58,083 bases of DNA, from NCBI GenBank assembly GCA_014240255.1, contig JAAZXG010000004.1, positions 1 to 58,083 of the forward strand. The letters run 5' to 3'. The DNA comes from Methanobacteriota archaeon. Its GTDB lineage: Archaea > Thermoplasmatota > Poseidoniia > MGIII > CG-Epi1. The stretch's first letter is position 1; each line of letters starts with the position of its first letter. Under the pieces are notes generated by a model. That model made no database searches. It saw only the letters and a program-made list of their open reading frames with translations, and was not told the origin of the DNA. Shown here piece by piece: positions 49,501 through 58,083 of the stretch. The position numbers were made by a program, and so were the translations under genes.

Positions 49501-51450
49501 ATTGTGCCAAATAATGAACCCTATTTGTATGAATTAGATAATATTGGCCACTATAGTTTCATAATTACTTCATTAGATTTAGCCGGAAATTTAGAAGAAA
49601 AAAGTAATCCCGATTTTATTATTAATTATGATTCTCAGAGTGATTTTATTACTTTTGCTAACGTACCTGACCGTTGGGGCCATAATACAATAACTATAGA
49701 TTATGTTAAAGCTAACGAATATTTAGACTTTGATTTGTATTTATCAATTGAGACAATAGATGGTACTTCGGAAACCTTAATGTGGTTTATTTATGAATAT
49801 GATTCAATATCAGATGGAATTATATTATCAAGTCTCCAGGACTCAACACGCTACTATTTGGTTGCAAAAAGTACTGATTTGGCAGGTAATTTGGAAGATC
49901 CTCTAAATACTACTGAGACTTTCAATTCCAATGGAGAATATGATCAAATATATAGTTTGAAGTATATTCCCTTAGAAAAAATAGATAATCTCATAGTTGT
50001 TGAGGTTGATGAAGATGGGGATGGAATTTATGATATTGTATTGTCAAGAGGTGAAAATCTCACTAAACTACAAAATAATCAATATTTTCTAGATTATAAA
50101 AGCAAGTTACTTTATTTTGGAGGTCCAGTCAATGGAGGATATGTTCCAGAACCAGGGGCTAACATTAGCATATCATATGCCGGTGTGAATTCAATCTTTG
50201 AAGTATACACTAAAAATCCTGAGGCTGCAGATAATTTACAAATTATACCTACTAATATTTCTCATATTACCTTTTATTTTGAAATTAGTGATCCTGTGGC
50301 TAAATGCAAAATCCAACGGACAACTTCACCCACAGAGGGATGGTATAACGAAAGATTAATTGAACCTTGCGATGTTGGAACTTATAATTATGTAGAAAAG
50401 AATCCTGACCTTAAAAAAAATTACTACTATAGAGTCTATTCAGAAGATGAATTCCAGCATTTTGTAATATCTGATGAAATCTCTCTAAATATGGATGAAA
50501 TGATTATTTTGTATGGTACTGCAGGTTCAAACAGTGCTAATAATCAAATAGGAATGGAAGTTATAATACCAGTTTCGATATTGGCTGGAATTATGTTGAT
50601 ATTTGGAGGAGTTATGTTATTCACTACTAGAAAAGAAGAGATGGTGGATGAGAATGTGAATATAATTGAGTCTAAGCCTGTTGCTAAGTATAAATTAGAA
50701 GAATTATATCTAATTTATAGTGATGGAAGATTAGTTTCTCACGTGAGTGATGTTGAGAATGCTATTGATTCTGATATAATGAGCGGAATGCTCACTGCAA
50801 TTAATGACTTTGTTCAAGATTCCTTTTCGAGTGAAGAAGATCTAGGTTCAATAGATTACGGACAAAATAAGATTGTTTTGCAAAGAGGTGCTAATTATTA
50901 TTTGGCTGCAGTTGTTTACGGTGAAACTGATAATTTTTTCAAAGGAAAATTAGCAAATATCATTCGAACAATATCAATTCAATTCCCACACTTAAAAAAC
51001 TGGGATGGAGATACTTCAAACAATGAACCTATAGATGCTATTTTAAGTCCATTAATGGGGGAAACAGGTACCACTAATAGAGAAATGGTTGATAATTATA
51101 TTGCAGATATACAAGTTAGTATTACTTCCCAAGAGACTCTAACTGCAAGTGCTTTATCCTTAAATCTTAATTTCAGTAATTACTCTACCAATGATTTAAA
51201 TCTGGGAACTGTAAAACCTATTTTTAATGATCAATATTTGATTTTGACAGGAATGAAACCAGATATTCTCTACTCATTTACAGAAAATAAGTTCCATGTT
51301 GGTGAAATAAAATCATACACTGAGGTTCAAATTGAGTTAAATTTTAAGAAAAAAATCCCAGGCCAAATAAATATTGATTTAGAATTTAGTTATTATGTCA
51401 AGGATAAATTGAATACAACAACCAAAAGAGTATTTGACGGAAAGATATAA
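46582..51450 (+). CDS. Giant type I surface protein: signal peptide, right-handed parallel beta-helix (NosD/CASH-like) repeats, Ig/FN3-like region, TM helix, and a ~275-aa domain on the far side of the TM helix
   Basis: Repetitive ~22-aa 'N-x-I/F-x-N' beta-helix rungs ('ISNNTFNLT', 'IKNNIFKNT', 'LRENHFQNH', 'IEQNTFFEV', 'IINNTFEYC', 'VEENTIING', 'VERNTITMS', 'ILNNTISET', 'VENNVLSGF'). TM 'ILAGIMLIFGGVMLFTT'. GTG 46603 (VKKLVLLLL...) is a plausible alternative start. Confidence 0.75.
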   Translation: MIIICSGVKKLVLLLLCISAIIFVSDDANAGSIGTPIPEEGEDWVIDEYTYVWDETIVIHDWLVTAESTGNLKLDNVVLYADGNVEFEKKVEIFNSNITINKQTLQDGVSISDTLDIRNSALSLNSSLDHFYNMSNEGIGLIGDSAYLSITENSLLYSSNFNLSRAYYTAIEIWSNSGNSKVRFENSTIKHLGFARSMGDNTIVRGNHFDYCRSSVQSSGVGFRFTDNFVDRGWWEAGAYQVYLSNADEAVISNNTFNLTYDTIGLSKSANIIIKNNIFKNTRETYAWSIYAVDSYNLTLRENHFQNHSGSPIVLQRVNESLIEQNTFFEVYGPDNVWVSGINNKIINNTFEYCGTLVSIPSGYGISGCIEVTKQGYNDENVNLYGSNIIKGNIIKNFSGSAIVVALSNTFVEENTIINGTPYFMQDAAAIDTFTQTSQSPSDVFIRDNYIEDVDIGVFLDGTTQTNGGSNTIVERNTITMSGKGVYIITKTGLFQDAKILNNTISETLTAIEIDKGVGVLVENNVLSGFNGVNILLSEDLVIRYNIVKSYNSGISLNNSLADIYSNQITASCVIEDCQKIGFIKVGKIGLDISSSNDINIYDNSIEKYGILVNTDDSKIYFDNNTLDFTNIGYNLRLDEIDIFNGSISNVTTAIRLTETNLLLVGNEFRDFDVGISSFNSSSSNSENIFINGVTCFELTDSSYTIDSFDNWDCSANYLNEYFNVRIFISNMESLPSPFHVYWFQSEDGEGHTYGETRHNGYSKYNRILYKNIDSNSYQTFYNPYTFYYDHNGITTEVVKEILFNQTISLYFDTSPPETEVYCNSTLVNNEIFYLNINISTEDISEFDIQYIENDGLNFAEWQLYGTFNQSIIKFIGEDSTKYRFRSIGRDIYGNNEVKTGYDFEVTVDTTIPITTFINLQQNYIFTDSKLVLLEWESNSEDIQSYHLVVKYTNFTDEYLDPGTVVWNEIGSMIVPNNEPYLYELDNIGHYSFIITSLDLAGNLEEKSNPDFIINYDSQSDFITFANVPDRWGHNTITIDYVKANEYLDFDLYLSIETIDGTSETLMWFIYEYDSISDGIILSSLQDSTRYYLVAKSTDLAGNLEDPLNTTETFNSNGEYDQIYSLKYIPLEKIDNLIVVEVDEDGDGIYDIVLSRGENLTKLQNNQYFLDYKSKLLYFGGPVNGGYVPEPGANISISYAGVNSIFEVYTKNPEAADNLQIIPTNISHITFYFEISDPVAKCKIQRTTSPTEGWYNERLIEPCDVGTYNYVEKNPDLKKNYYYRVYSEDEFQHFVISDEISLNMDEMIILYGTAGSNSANNQIGMEVIIPVSILAGIMLIFGGVMLFTTRKEEMVDENVNIIESKPVAKYKLEELYLIYSDGRLVSHVSDVENAIDSDIMSGMLTAINDFVQDSFSSEEDLGSIDYGQNKIVLQRGANYYLAAVVYGETDNFFKGKLANIIRTISIQFPHLKNWDGDTSNNEPIDAILSPLMGETGTTNREMVDNYIADIQVSITSQETLTASALSLNLNFSNYSTNDLNLGTVKPIFNDQYLILTGMKPDILYSFTENKFHVGEIKSYTEVQIELNFKKKIPGQINIDLEFSYYVKDKLNTTTKRVFDGKI

Positions 51451-51451
51451 T

Positions 51452-52180
51452 TCAATCATTTAGTTTATAGGTTAATCTAATCTTTTCAGAACCTTTATTA
51501 TCTTTTTTTAAGAATGCTATATCACCTATTTCTGAAAGACTTCTAACATGTGTCCCTGCACATGGACAAACATCTATATTTCCAATTTTAACGACTCTCA
51601 ACTTTGTAATACTAGAAGGTAGCATCTTCCATAAGCCACTCGACATACTAGATCTTATTTCAGGATTATTTTCTAGATCCGATCTCTCAGATTCACTAAT
51701 ACTTATTTTCAAATCTTTTGATATAACTTGATTAACTTCATCTTGAAGCATATTTAATTCAGTATTTCCTAACTTTAGTGGTTTAAAATCTATTCTTGAT
51801 CTATCAAAACCAATCTGATTTCCTACAGTGTCAGAACCATAACGTTCACTAACAACTGCGGAAACAAGATGCTGCGAGGTATGCATGCGCATGTGTGAAT
51901 ATCTACGATCCCAATCAAGACTTCCTTTGACTGTATCTCCTATGTCTGGCAAATCCCCTTTAATCATATGCCGTATTCTATTCTTCTTCCGAACATCGAA
52001 TACTTTGCCACTGCCCTCATTCCAAACCAATTTACCTGTATCTGCAGGTTGACCGCCACCCAAATGGTAAAATGCAGTCTGATTCAATTCAACTATTCCT
52101 GGAAATACAGCTGTAACTTCAGCTTCAAATTCCTTAATATAAGTCCCATCAAGAGAATCCATGTGAAATTGTAACGTCAT
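51452..52180 (-). CDS. alaX: Alanyl-tRNA editing protein AlaX (AlaRS editing-domain homologue)
   Basis: 'TAFYHLGGGQPADTG', zinc motifs 'HTSQHLVSA' and 'CPCAGTHV'. Confidence 0.85.
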   Translation of the reverse strand: MTLQFHMDSLDGTYIKEFEAEVTAVFPGIVELNQTAFYHLGGGQPADTGKLVWNEGSGKVFDVRKKNRIRHMIKGDLPDIGDTVKGSLDWDRRYSHMRMHTSQHLVSAVVSERYGSDTVGNQIGFDRSRIDFKPLKLGNTELNMLQDEVNQVISKDLKISISESERSDLENNPEIRSSMSSGLWKMLPSSITKLRVVKIGNIDVCPCAGTHVRSLSEIGDIAFLKKDNKGSEKIRLTYKLND

Positions 52181-52260
52181 TGTTTATTATAATGAATTAA
52201 CCTATTTATTACTAGTGAAACTATTAAATGGATAATTGGATATGTATAGAAAGGTAAATT

Positions 52261-55200
52261 ATGAAAATGCGGATATCTTCGATAACGTTAGCCCTCCTAT
52301 TGGTTCTCAATAGCGTAGTTTTAGCAGAAACAACAACACAATATACTGTTGATGGGAATAAAAGTGATAGTGTAGTGTTATATTTAGAAAAAGATGTAGT
52401 TAATGACGATACTGAAATCGAATTCCCAAATGCTGAAGTATTAAGTGCATCCTATGTTGTCTCAGGCGGCGCTGATCAAGATGGAAGTTATCCTGATGAT
52501 GTGTCTATCACAGTCAGTGGAAATACATGGAAATATAGTGGTGAAGGATATGGTTCATTCGGATTACAAAATACTTTTTCTAATGGAACTTCTTCCAGTG
52601 CTGCTATATTCGAAGATGAAAGCGGTGGTGAGACTACAGTAGAAATGTATATACCAGTTAACGCTACTATAACTGACGCTGAAGTTACACTTGAGGGTAT
52701 GACAAAGGGGACTGGAGATTTAGGTGATTATAAATTAGTCTCTGAAAATACTAATGAAGGTTCACATAGTCTTTCACCAAGTGTACTAAAAGATGGTAAT
52801 GATAGGTATGTAGTATGGGCTGATAATGGCGATTTAGAAGACAAAGACACATATTATAGTATTCTTTTTAATTCTGGTGGCAGTAGTAGTTGGGATAGTG
52901 ATCCTGTTCGATTAACGCCTCAAGATTCACTTTACAGTTATGATGATTCTTTGATAGTAGGAAATAGTGATTTTCTATTAGCGGGATGGTTATATTCTGG
53001 AACACTGCAATCTACTTATTCGACTGATGGAGGTAACACATGGAGTACTATTGACGATTTTGATTATGATTATTATATCTATTATTATGATTTTGTGGCA
53101 AGTGATAATGGAGATTTCCATTTAGTTTGGAGTTCATATACCTCTGATGGTGAAGAATCGGATTATCGTGTATTTTATTCAGAATCTCAAGATAATGGAG
53201 AAACTTGGTCTTCAGAGACTGAGGTGTCTGATTCTAGTATCACTAATACTAATATGTATCCTAAGTTAGATGTTGATGGTGAAGATATTTTTGTTACTTG
53301 GATTGGAGCTACAGGTTCAAGTGCAGTTCCTCTTTTCGCATCATCTGATGATGGCGGAAGTACATTTGGAACTCCAAATCAAATGAGTAGTTCAGGTAAT
53401 GCAGGTTATGTTGATGTTTCTTCAGATGCAAGTGATAATGTAGTTGTGTCATGGACTGAGAGAGGAGATGAGTCTGGAAGTTATTCTGTAAAGGCAAGAA
53501 GCTCTTCCAATTCTGGTTCGGCATTTAATACTGAGATTACAGTAACAGGGACTGACGATATAACTGTAGATCTTAATCTACATTCTGAAAACGATGGGTC
53601 AGGTAATTATTATATTACTTGGACAAGACAGGATAGTTCTGATTATTATGATGTAATGGTAGCTAGATCAGCCAATTCTGGAACTACATGGACTAGCGGT
53701 GTTGAAGTCGATGGTTTTGATGATGAAAGCCAAAGAGTCTATTCCACTATTAGCGTAGATAGTGACGGTTTGTTAGTAACATGGATAGATTTGTATGATG
53801 GCGATGGTACGTCATCGGATCCAGATATATATTCTTCAAAAAGTACTAATGATGGAAGTAGTTGGTCTAATCCCAAAGAAGTGGGTTCTGATCAGTATTA
53901 TGAAGGTGATTCTTCAGCTGTTGCACTGTCATATTCTGGAGATAATATTTATGCAATATATGTAGATTCAGGAGATGCAGATCCTGATGGAGACACTAAT
54001 GGGAATGATGCAATGAATGATGATGGAGATATTTTTTTCCGAAGATCTTCAGATGATGGAGATAGTTGGAGTGACGCAGTAGTAATCTCTAATGGAGTGA
54101 ATGATGGAAGAAGTTATGAAACTTTTGATTATTCTTCTTATTATTACTCATATTACGCTCCAGCAATTGCTTCATATGGGAACTATGTCTATGTGTTATG
54201 GTCAGATTATAGTTTTGATGAAGGCAAATACGAGATAAAATTTTCTAGTTCATCAAACTCAGGTACAACATGGACCGATCCAGTAGTAATTAGCTCTTCA
54301 GACGAAAATACAAATTCATATGCTCCAGCTATAGTTGCTGATGGAAATGATGTATATGTAGCGTGGCAAAGTGTTTCTAGTTCAGGAATTTTTACCTATA
54401 ATATAATGAGTAGAATCTCTGAAGATAATGGAGACACATGGGGCGATTTTTCTACAGTAACTAATGATGATGGGACAAATTATATTCCTGAAGTAGCATA
54501 TGATAATGATAGGTTCCATGTCACTTGGCACGCTTATGCTAAAGATGGGAGTTCAGATTCGGACTATACTGTGGAGTATGCTTATACTGAAGATTTAGGA
54601 GTTTCATGGGAAAGAGTGACCTTGAGAGATGGAGAGGGAAGCGGTGATTTTTGTTGGTTCCCAGATATCGCTATTTATGAAAATAATATTTATATTGTGT
54701 GGCAGGATGATGGAGATTATGATGGTGATGCTACTTATGATTTTGATGTAGTTGCTATTTATTCTGAAGATGCTGGTGACACTTGGAATGATCCAGTCCT
54801 TATTGTCGATAGTGATTCACAATTTAGTAATGGGTATACTTTACCTGCAGTCGTAAGTAAAGACAATTTGGTTTATGTTTCATATCAAGAATATGATGGA
54901 AGTCAATATGAACACCGTTTTCTCCTAAGCCAAGACTATGGTGAGACTTGGTCGGATACATTTCCAATCAATGAAGGGCATACTGTGAATTATGCTAAAA
55001 TGGATATGGCTATTGATGAAAAAACTTATTTTGCATATTATGATGATGCTGATTTATTCTCTGAAGATAACATTGATTATGACATCATATTACGAACAAC
55101 AGCTGATGAAGGCTATCCAACGAATCCAACTATAAATTTAGATGGTGGAGGAAAGGATTGGGAATGGGGTGGAGAGTTCAATTCAGATAACTCACCGATT

Positions 55201-57414
55201 ATATGGGGACCTAATGGTGAAAATGGGGCGCTAAAATCGTTCAAGACGGCTTTAGAAGATGGACTCTCATATGCTATAGATAATGAAGAAACATATGTGG
55301 ATGAATATGGCGTTGAAATGGCTACTTTAATATTTACCGTGACTAGTGATAGCGACGGAAGAGTAGGTCTAAGTAACTTAAAAATAGAATATAATTTAGA
55401 ACACACAGTTCAGTCAAATAATCTGAATGAAAGACTAAATGCATTAGTCAATCCAGGATCAAATGAAGAGACAGTAACAACTAAATTTTCAGTATCAAGT
55501 AGTACGAATGGTAAGATTATTTTAAGTAATTTAGAGATTATTACTGCCGAGGCTGATTTAGAGATTACCCAAATGGAATTCAGTGATAGTAGCCCCAAAG
55601 AGGGTTCTAGTATAGTAATTACAGCATATGTTAAGAACTCAGGTCAGGGAGAAGCCTCTGCAGATTTAACTTTCTGGTATGATTCTGATCAGGAAATTGG
55701 AAGCAGTTCTGTCAATGGAATTGATAGTGGTGAAACAAAGAGCGTTAGCATTACTTGGTATGATCTTCCGGCAGGAAATCAGGAAGTAACAGTATCGATA
55801 GTTAATTCAGTTCCAGCAGATAGTTCACAAGGAAGTGAAGATACGCTTTCGCAAACAATTAATATTCAAGATGCAAGCCCATTAATTATTTCTTCTTTTG
55901 AATTTGACCAAATACCAGTTGAAAATACAGATGTTGACTGGACATTAGAAATTGTAAATGAAGGAGATAAGTATGGAACTCTTATTATTTATCTTTATGA
56001 GAGCGAAGAAGATGAAGACAATTTAATTTATCAATCACCAAGTACACGGATAGATCCTGGAGTTACAAGAGAATTCACTCAAACATGGACTGCAAATAAA
56101 AATGTGGACCTATTCTTTCTAAAAGTAGTTGACACAGACACTGATGAAATTGTAAACGGTGATGGAGATGGTGAAGAAATAAATATAAATATACAAAAGT
56201 TACCTTTTTTCACTGTTGAAAAGGTAGAATGGTTGGACAGTCCTGATGGAAATATAATTAACTCTTTTAGTGATGGATCAGTAGCTTATGCTAAAATATA
56301 CCTTAAAAATGAAGGGACTTTTGATGTAACTGCATCTGTGGATATCAGTTTGACTAAATCTGGGAAAAGATTAGTACCTACTCCAAATTATGGTGCAAAT
56401 ATAGGATTTACTGGAGAATCTGAAACTATATTATTGATTAATGGTGAATATCCAAAAGTAGAATTCAATTTAGATGATAATGAGGTTTTGGCAGGTGTTT
56501 GGGCATTAGAACTTGAAATAAAGGATATTTTTGCCGTAAATAATGATGAGCAAATTTGGGATTCAGAAGAATTAATATTTACCAATACTGATACTAAAGT
56601 TATAGTTTCACAGCCTCCAAGGCTAGCTTTATCTCAATTCACTACAAATGATGAAAATATTAAAGAAGGACAAGCTGTAGTTTTAACAATAGAAATATCA
56701 AATGATGGTGAAGCTGAAGCTTTAGGTAAAATACAGATTAAACAAGGAAATACAGTTTTAGGTGAGGTTGATTTTATGGTATCTGGTTATGAGTCAATTA
56801 AGGTTACATATGAATATTCAGTTCCAGCACAATACGATGGTGATTTAAATCTCAAAGCTCAAATTGACTCAAACTCAATTTATCCACCAGGTGGCACCGT
56901 AAATATTGAACCTAAGATTTTAACAATAAGTGTTGAGGGAACAGCCAATGTTAAACCAGTTGAGACTTCATCAGAAAATGGAAATATTATTATTTTTGGT
57001 GGAGTTTTAGTAGTACTTGTGGCTGGATTTGGAGGAGTTTATTTTATGTATAGAAGATCACAGAGTGGTGGTGAAGAATTGGATGCATTTGGAATGCCTG
57101 AACAATCTCTGCCGCCTGAAATTCCACCAGCTGCCGCACCACCTCAGCCAGTAGCTCCACCACCAGCTGCTGCACCTCCACAACCTGTAGCTCCACCACC
57201 AGCTGCTGCACCTCCACAACCTGTAGCTCCACCTCCGGAAGCACCTCCTCAACCTCCAGCTGCTGCACCAGCCCCATCGGTTCTTACTGTAACAGTTCCA
57301 GCAGGCGCTCAACCAGGTCAGCAAATTCAAATTAAAGCACCAGATGGAAGAGTAATAGCAGTCAATATTCCTGCAGGAATGCAACCAGGCTCACAATTCC
57401 AAGTAAAGGTATAG
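52261..57414 (+). CDS. Giant type I surface protein: about 12 BNR/Asp-box repeats (sialidase/sortilin-like propellers), CARDB-like domains, TM helix, and a proline-rich tail on the far side of the TM helix
   Basis: Signal peptide 'ITLALLLVLNSVVLA'. Asp-boxes 'STDGGNTWS', 'SQDNGETWS', 'SSDDGGSTF', 'SSNSGSAFN', 'SANSGTTWT', 'STNDGSSWS', 'SSDDGDSWS', 'SSNSGTTWT', 'SEDNGDTWG', 'TEDLGVSWE', 'SEDAGDTWN', 'SQDYGETWS'. TM 'IIIFGGVLVVLVAGFGGVYFMY'. Confidence 0.8.
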   Translation: MKMRISSITLALLLVLNSVVLAETTTQYTVDGNKSDSVVLYLEKDVVNDDTEIEFPNAEVLSASYVVSGGADQDGSYPDDVSITVSGNTWKYSGEGYGSFGLQNTFSNGTSSSAAIFEDESGGETTVEMYIPVNATITDAEVTLEGMTKGTGDLGDYKLVSENTNEGSHSLSPSVLKDGNDRYVVWADNGDLEDKDTYYSILFNSGGSSSWDSDPVRLTPQDSLYSYDDSLIVGNSDFLLAGWLYSGTLQSTYSTDGGNTWSTIDDFDYDYYIYYYDFVASDNGDFHLVWSSYTSDGEESDYRVFYSESQDNGETWSSETEVSDSSITNTNMYPKLDVDGEDIFVTWIGATGSSAVPLFASSDDGGSTFGTPNQMSSSGNAGYVDVSSDASDNVVVSWTERGDESGSYSVKARSSSNSGSAFNTEITVTGTDDITVDLNLHSENDGSGNYYITWTRQDSSDYYDVMVARSANSGTTWTSGVEVDGFDDESQRVYSTISVDSDGLLVTWIDLYDGDGTSSDPDIYSSKSTNDGSSWSNPKEVGSDQYYEGDSSAVALSYSGDNIYAIYVDSGDADPDGDTNGNDAMNDDGDIFFRRSSDDGDSWSDAVVISNGVNDGRSYETFDYSSYYYSYYAPAIASYGNYVYVLWSDYSFDEGKYEIKFSSSSNSGTTWTDPVVISSSDENTNSYAPAIVADGNDVYVAWQSVSSSGIFTYNIMSRISEDNGDTWGDFSTVTNDDGTNYIPEVAYDNDRFHVTWHAYAKDGSSDSDYTVEYAYTEDLGVSWERVTLRDGEGSGDFCWFPDIAIYENNIYIVWQDDGDYDGDATYDFDVVAIYSEDAGDTWNDPVLIVDSDSQFSNGYTLPAVVSKDNLVYVSYQEYDGSQYEHRFLLSQDYGETWSDTFPINEGHTVNYAKMDMAIDEKTYFAYYDDADLFSEDNIDYDIILRTTADEGYPTNPTINLDGGGKDWEWGGEFNSDNSPIIWGPNGENGALKSFKTALEDGLSYAIDNEETYVDEYGVEMATLIFTVTSDSDGRVGLSNLKIEYNLEHTVQSNNLNERLNALVNPGSNEETVTTKFSVSSSTNGKIILSNLEIITAEADLEITQMEFSDSSPKEGSSIVITAYVKNSGQGEASADLTFWYDSDQEIGSSSVNGIDSGETKSVSITWYDLPAGNQEVTVSIVNSVPADSSQGSEDTLSQTINIQDASPLIISSFEFDQIPVENTDVDWTLEIVNEGDKYGTLIIYLYESEEDEDNLIYQSPSTRIDPGVTREFTQTWTANKNVDLFFLKVVDTDTDEIVNGDGDGEEININIQKLPFFTVEKVEWLDSPDGNIINSFSDGSVAYAKIYLKNEGTFDVTASVDISLTKSGKRLVPTPNYGANIGFTGESETILLINGEYPKVEFNLDDNEVLAGVWALELEIKDIFAVNNDEQIWDSEELIFTNTDTKVIVSQPPRLALSQFTTNDENIKEGQAVVLTIEISNDGEAEALGKIQIKQGNTVLGEVDFMVSGYESIKVTYEYSVPAQYDGDLNLKAQIDSNSIYPPGGTVNIEPKILTISVEGTANVKPVETSSENGNIIIFGGVLVVLVAGFGGVYFMYRRSQSGGEELDAFGMPEQSLPPEIPPAAAPPQPVAPPPAAAPPQPVAPPPAAAPPQPVAPPPEAPPQPPAAAPAPSVLTVTVPAGAQPGQQIQIKAPDGRVIAVNIPAGMQPGSQFQVKV
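57127..57234 (+). repeat. In-frame 36-nt tandem repeat x3 encoding PAAAPPQPVAPP
   Basis: Units at 57127-57162, 57163-57198 and 57199-57234. Units 2 and 3 differ at one nt. Unit 1 differs only at synonymous positions. Confidence 0.9.
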
Positions 57415-57433
57415 GTATTATCGAAGAAAGGCC

Positions 57434-57442
57434 GTTTTTCTT
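57434..57442 (+). terminator. Oligo-T tract after the giant BNR protein gene (candidate terminator)
   Basis: 'gtttttctt' lies 20 nt after the stop codon. Confidence 0.3.
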
Positions 57443-57698
57443 AAATAGACCATTTTAAGTGATGCACTTCCTGAACAGTACTTACTGTCACCAGGTATCC
57501 GTGTAAACGGATGCAATAACTTCGGCGAATTCCTGATTTATGATGGACTCATTCCGTTATTGCGTACATGTTATGGAGATGATAACAACCCAGTTTGGGC
57601 TATCATCCGACATTCGAAATCTAAGCGAAACTAGTGCAGTCAATCCGACAATTTCTAGTAATTTTATAAACTCATAGTGTGTATTCGAAAGGAAAAAA

Positions 57699-58083
<385 letters not shown>

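Noticed and set aside
57127-57234. Non-coding tandem repeat or CRISPR-like periodicity
   Set aside because: The repeat is in frame within a long ORF and encodes PAAAPPQPVAPP units. It is a coding low-complexity repeat.
57044-57384. Two minus-strand ORFs rich in Trp/Arg/Ser or Val/Glu/Leu
   Set aside because: They are reverse-frame artefacts of the proline-rich 36-nt tandem repeat in the BNR giant gene.
57513-57563. Possible C/D-box sRNA in the rRNA leader ('cctga-ttt-atgatgg' looks like a D'/C' pair inside an 8-bp terminal stem)
   Set aside because: The positions 12 nt upstream and downstream, where C and D boxes should lie, read 'caataac' and 'attg', so no valid C or D box exists. It was treated as leader secondary structure only.

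Overview
Function calls rest on motif recognition from memory plus the supplied ORF track. No database search, HMM, folding or TM-prediction program was run. The window is a visibly AT-rich (by eye about one-third G+C, not computed), very tightly packed archaeal chromosomal segment. It holds about 45 credible CDS, many with overlapping start/stop codons, and several convergent gene pairs overlap at their 3' ends. It ends in the first ~385 nt of a 16S rRNA gene. Archaeal hallmarks are ribosomal protein L15e, SRP54, archaeal-type GAPDH, tRNA-splicing endonuclease EndA, a GINS-like protein, a Fap7/AK6-type kinase and a CDP-alcohol phosphatidyltransferase. There is also an intron-containing tRNA-Trp(CCA) whose intron encodes a canonical C/D-box guide RNA, and TATA boxes sit ~25-30 nt upstream of many start codons. 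Low GC, four very large adhesin-like surface proteins (about a quarter of the window), peptidase and amino-acid catabolic genes, and the 16S 5' region fit a planktonic marine Thermoplasmatota lineage (Marine Group II/III-like). This taxonomic placement is unverified. Housekeeping content includes purB, purD, pyrE, rpe, gap, gdhA, sod, panE, nnr, alaX and a SufS-like cysteine desulfurase. No CRISPR array, transposase or integrase was seen. The most unusual element is the translationally coupled gene pair at 21127-26095. Its first gene fuses a zinc ribbon and a ~10-TM membrane domain to a McrB-type AAA+ GTPase. Its second gene is a McrC/DUF2357-like PD-(D/E)xK nuclease with a long acidic repeat tail, so the pair looks like a membrane-anchored McrBC-like system. 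Other notable items are a tight DAAO / class IV aminotransferase / sulfotransferase-like / AlkB-like operon and a MacB/FtsX-type ABC system with a fused 1252-aa permease and two differently decorated ATPases. Giant surface proteins also carry distinctive domains on the side of the TM helix opposite the ectodomain, inferred to be cytoplasmic.
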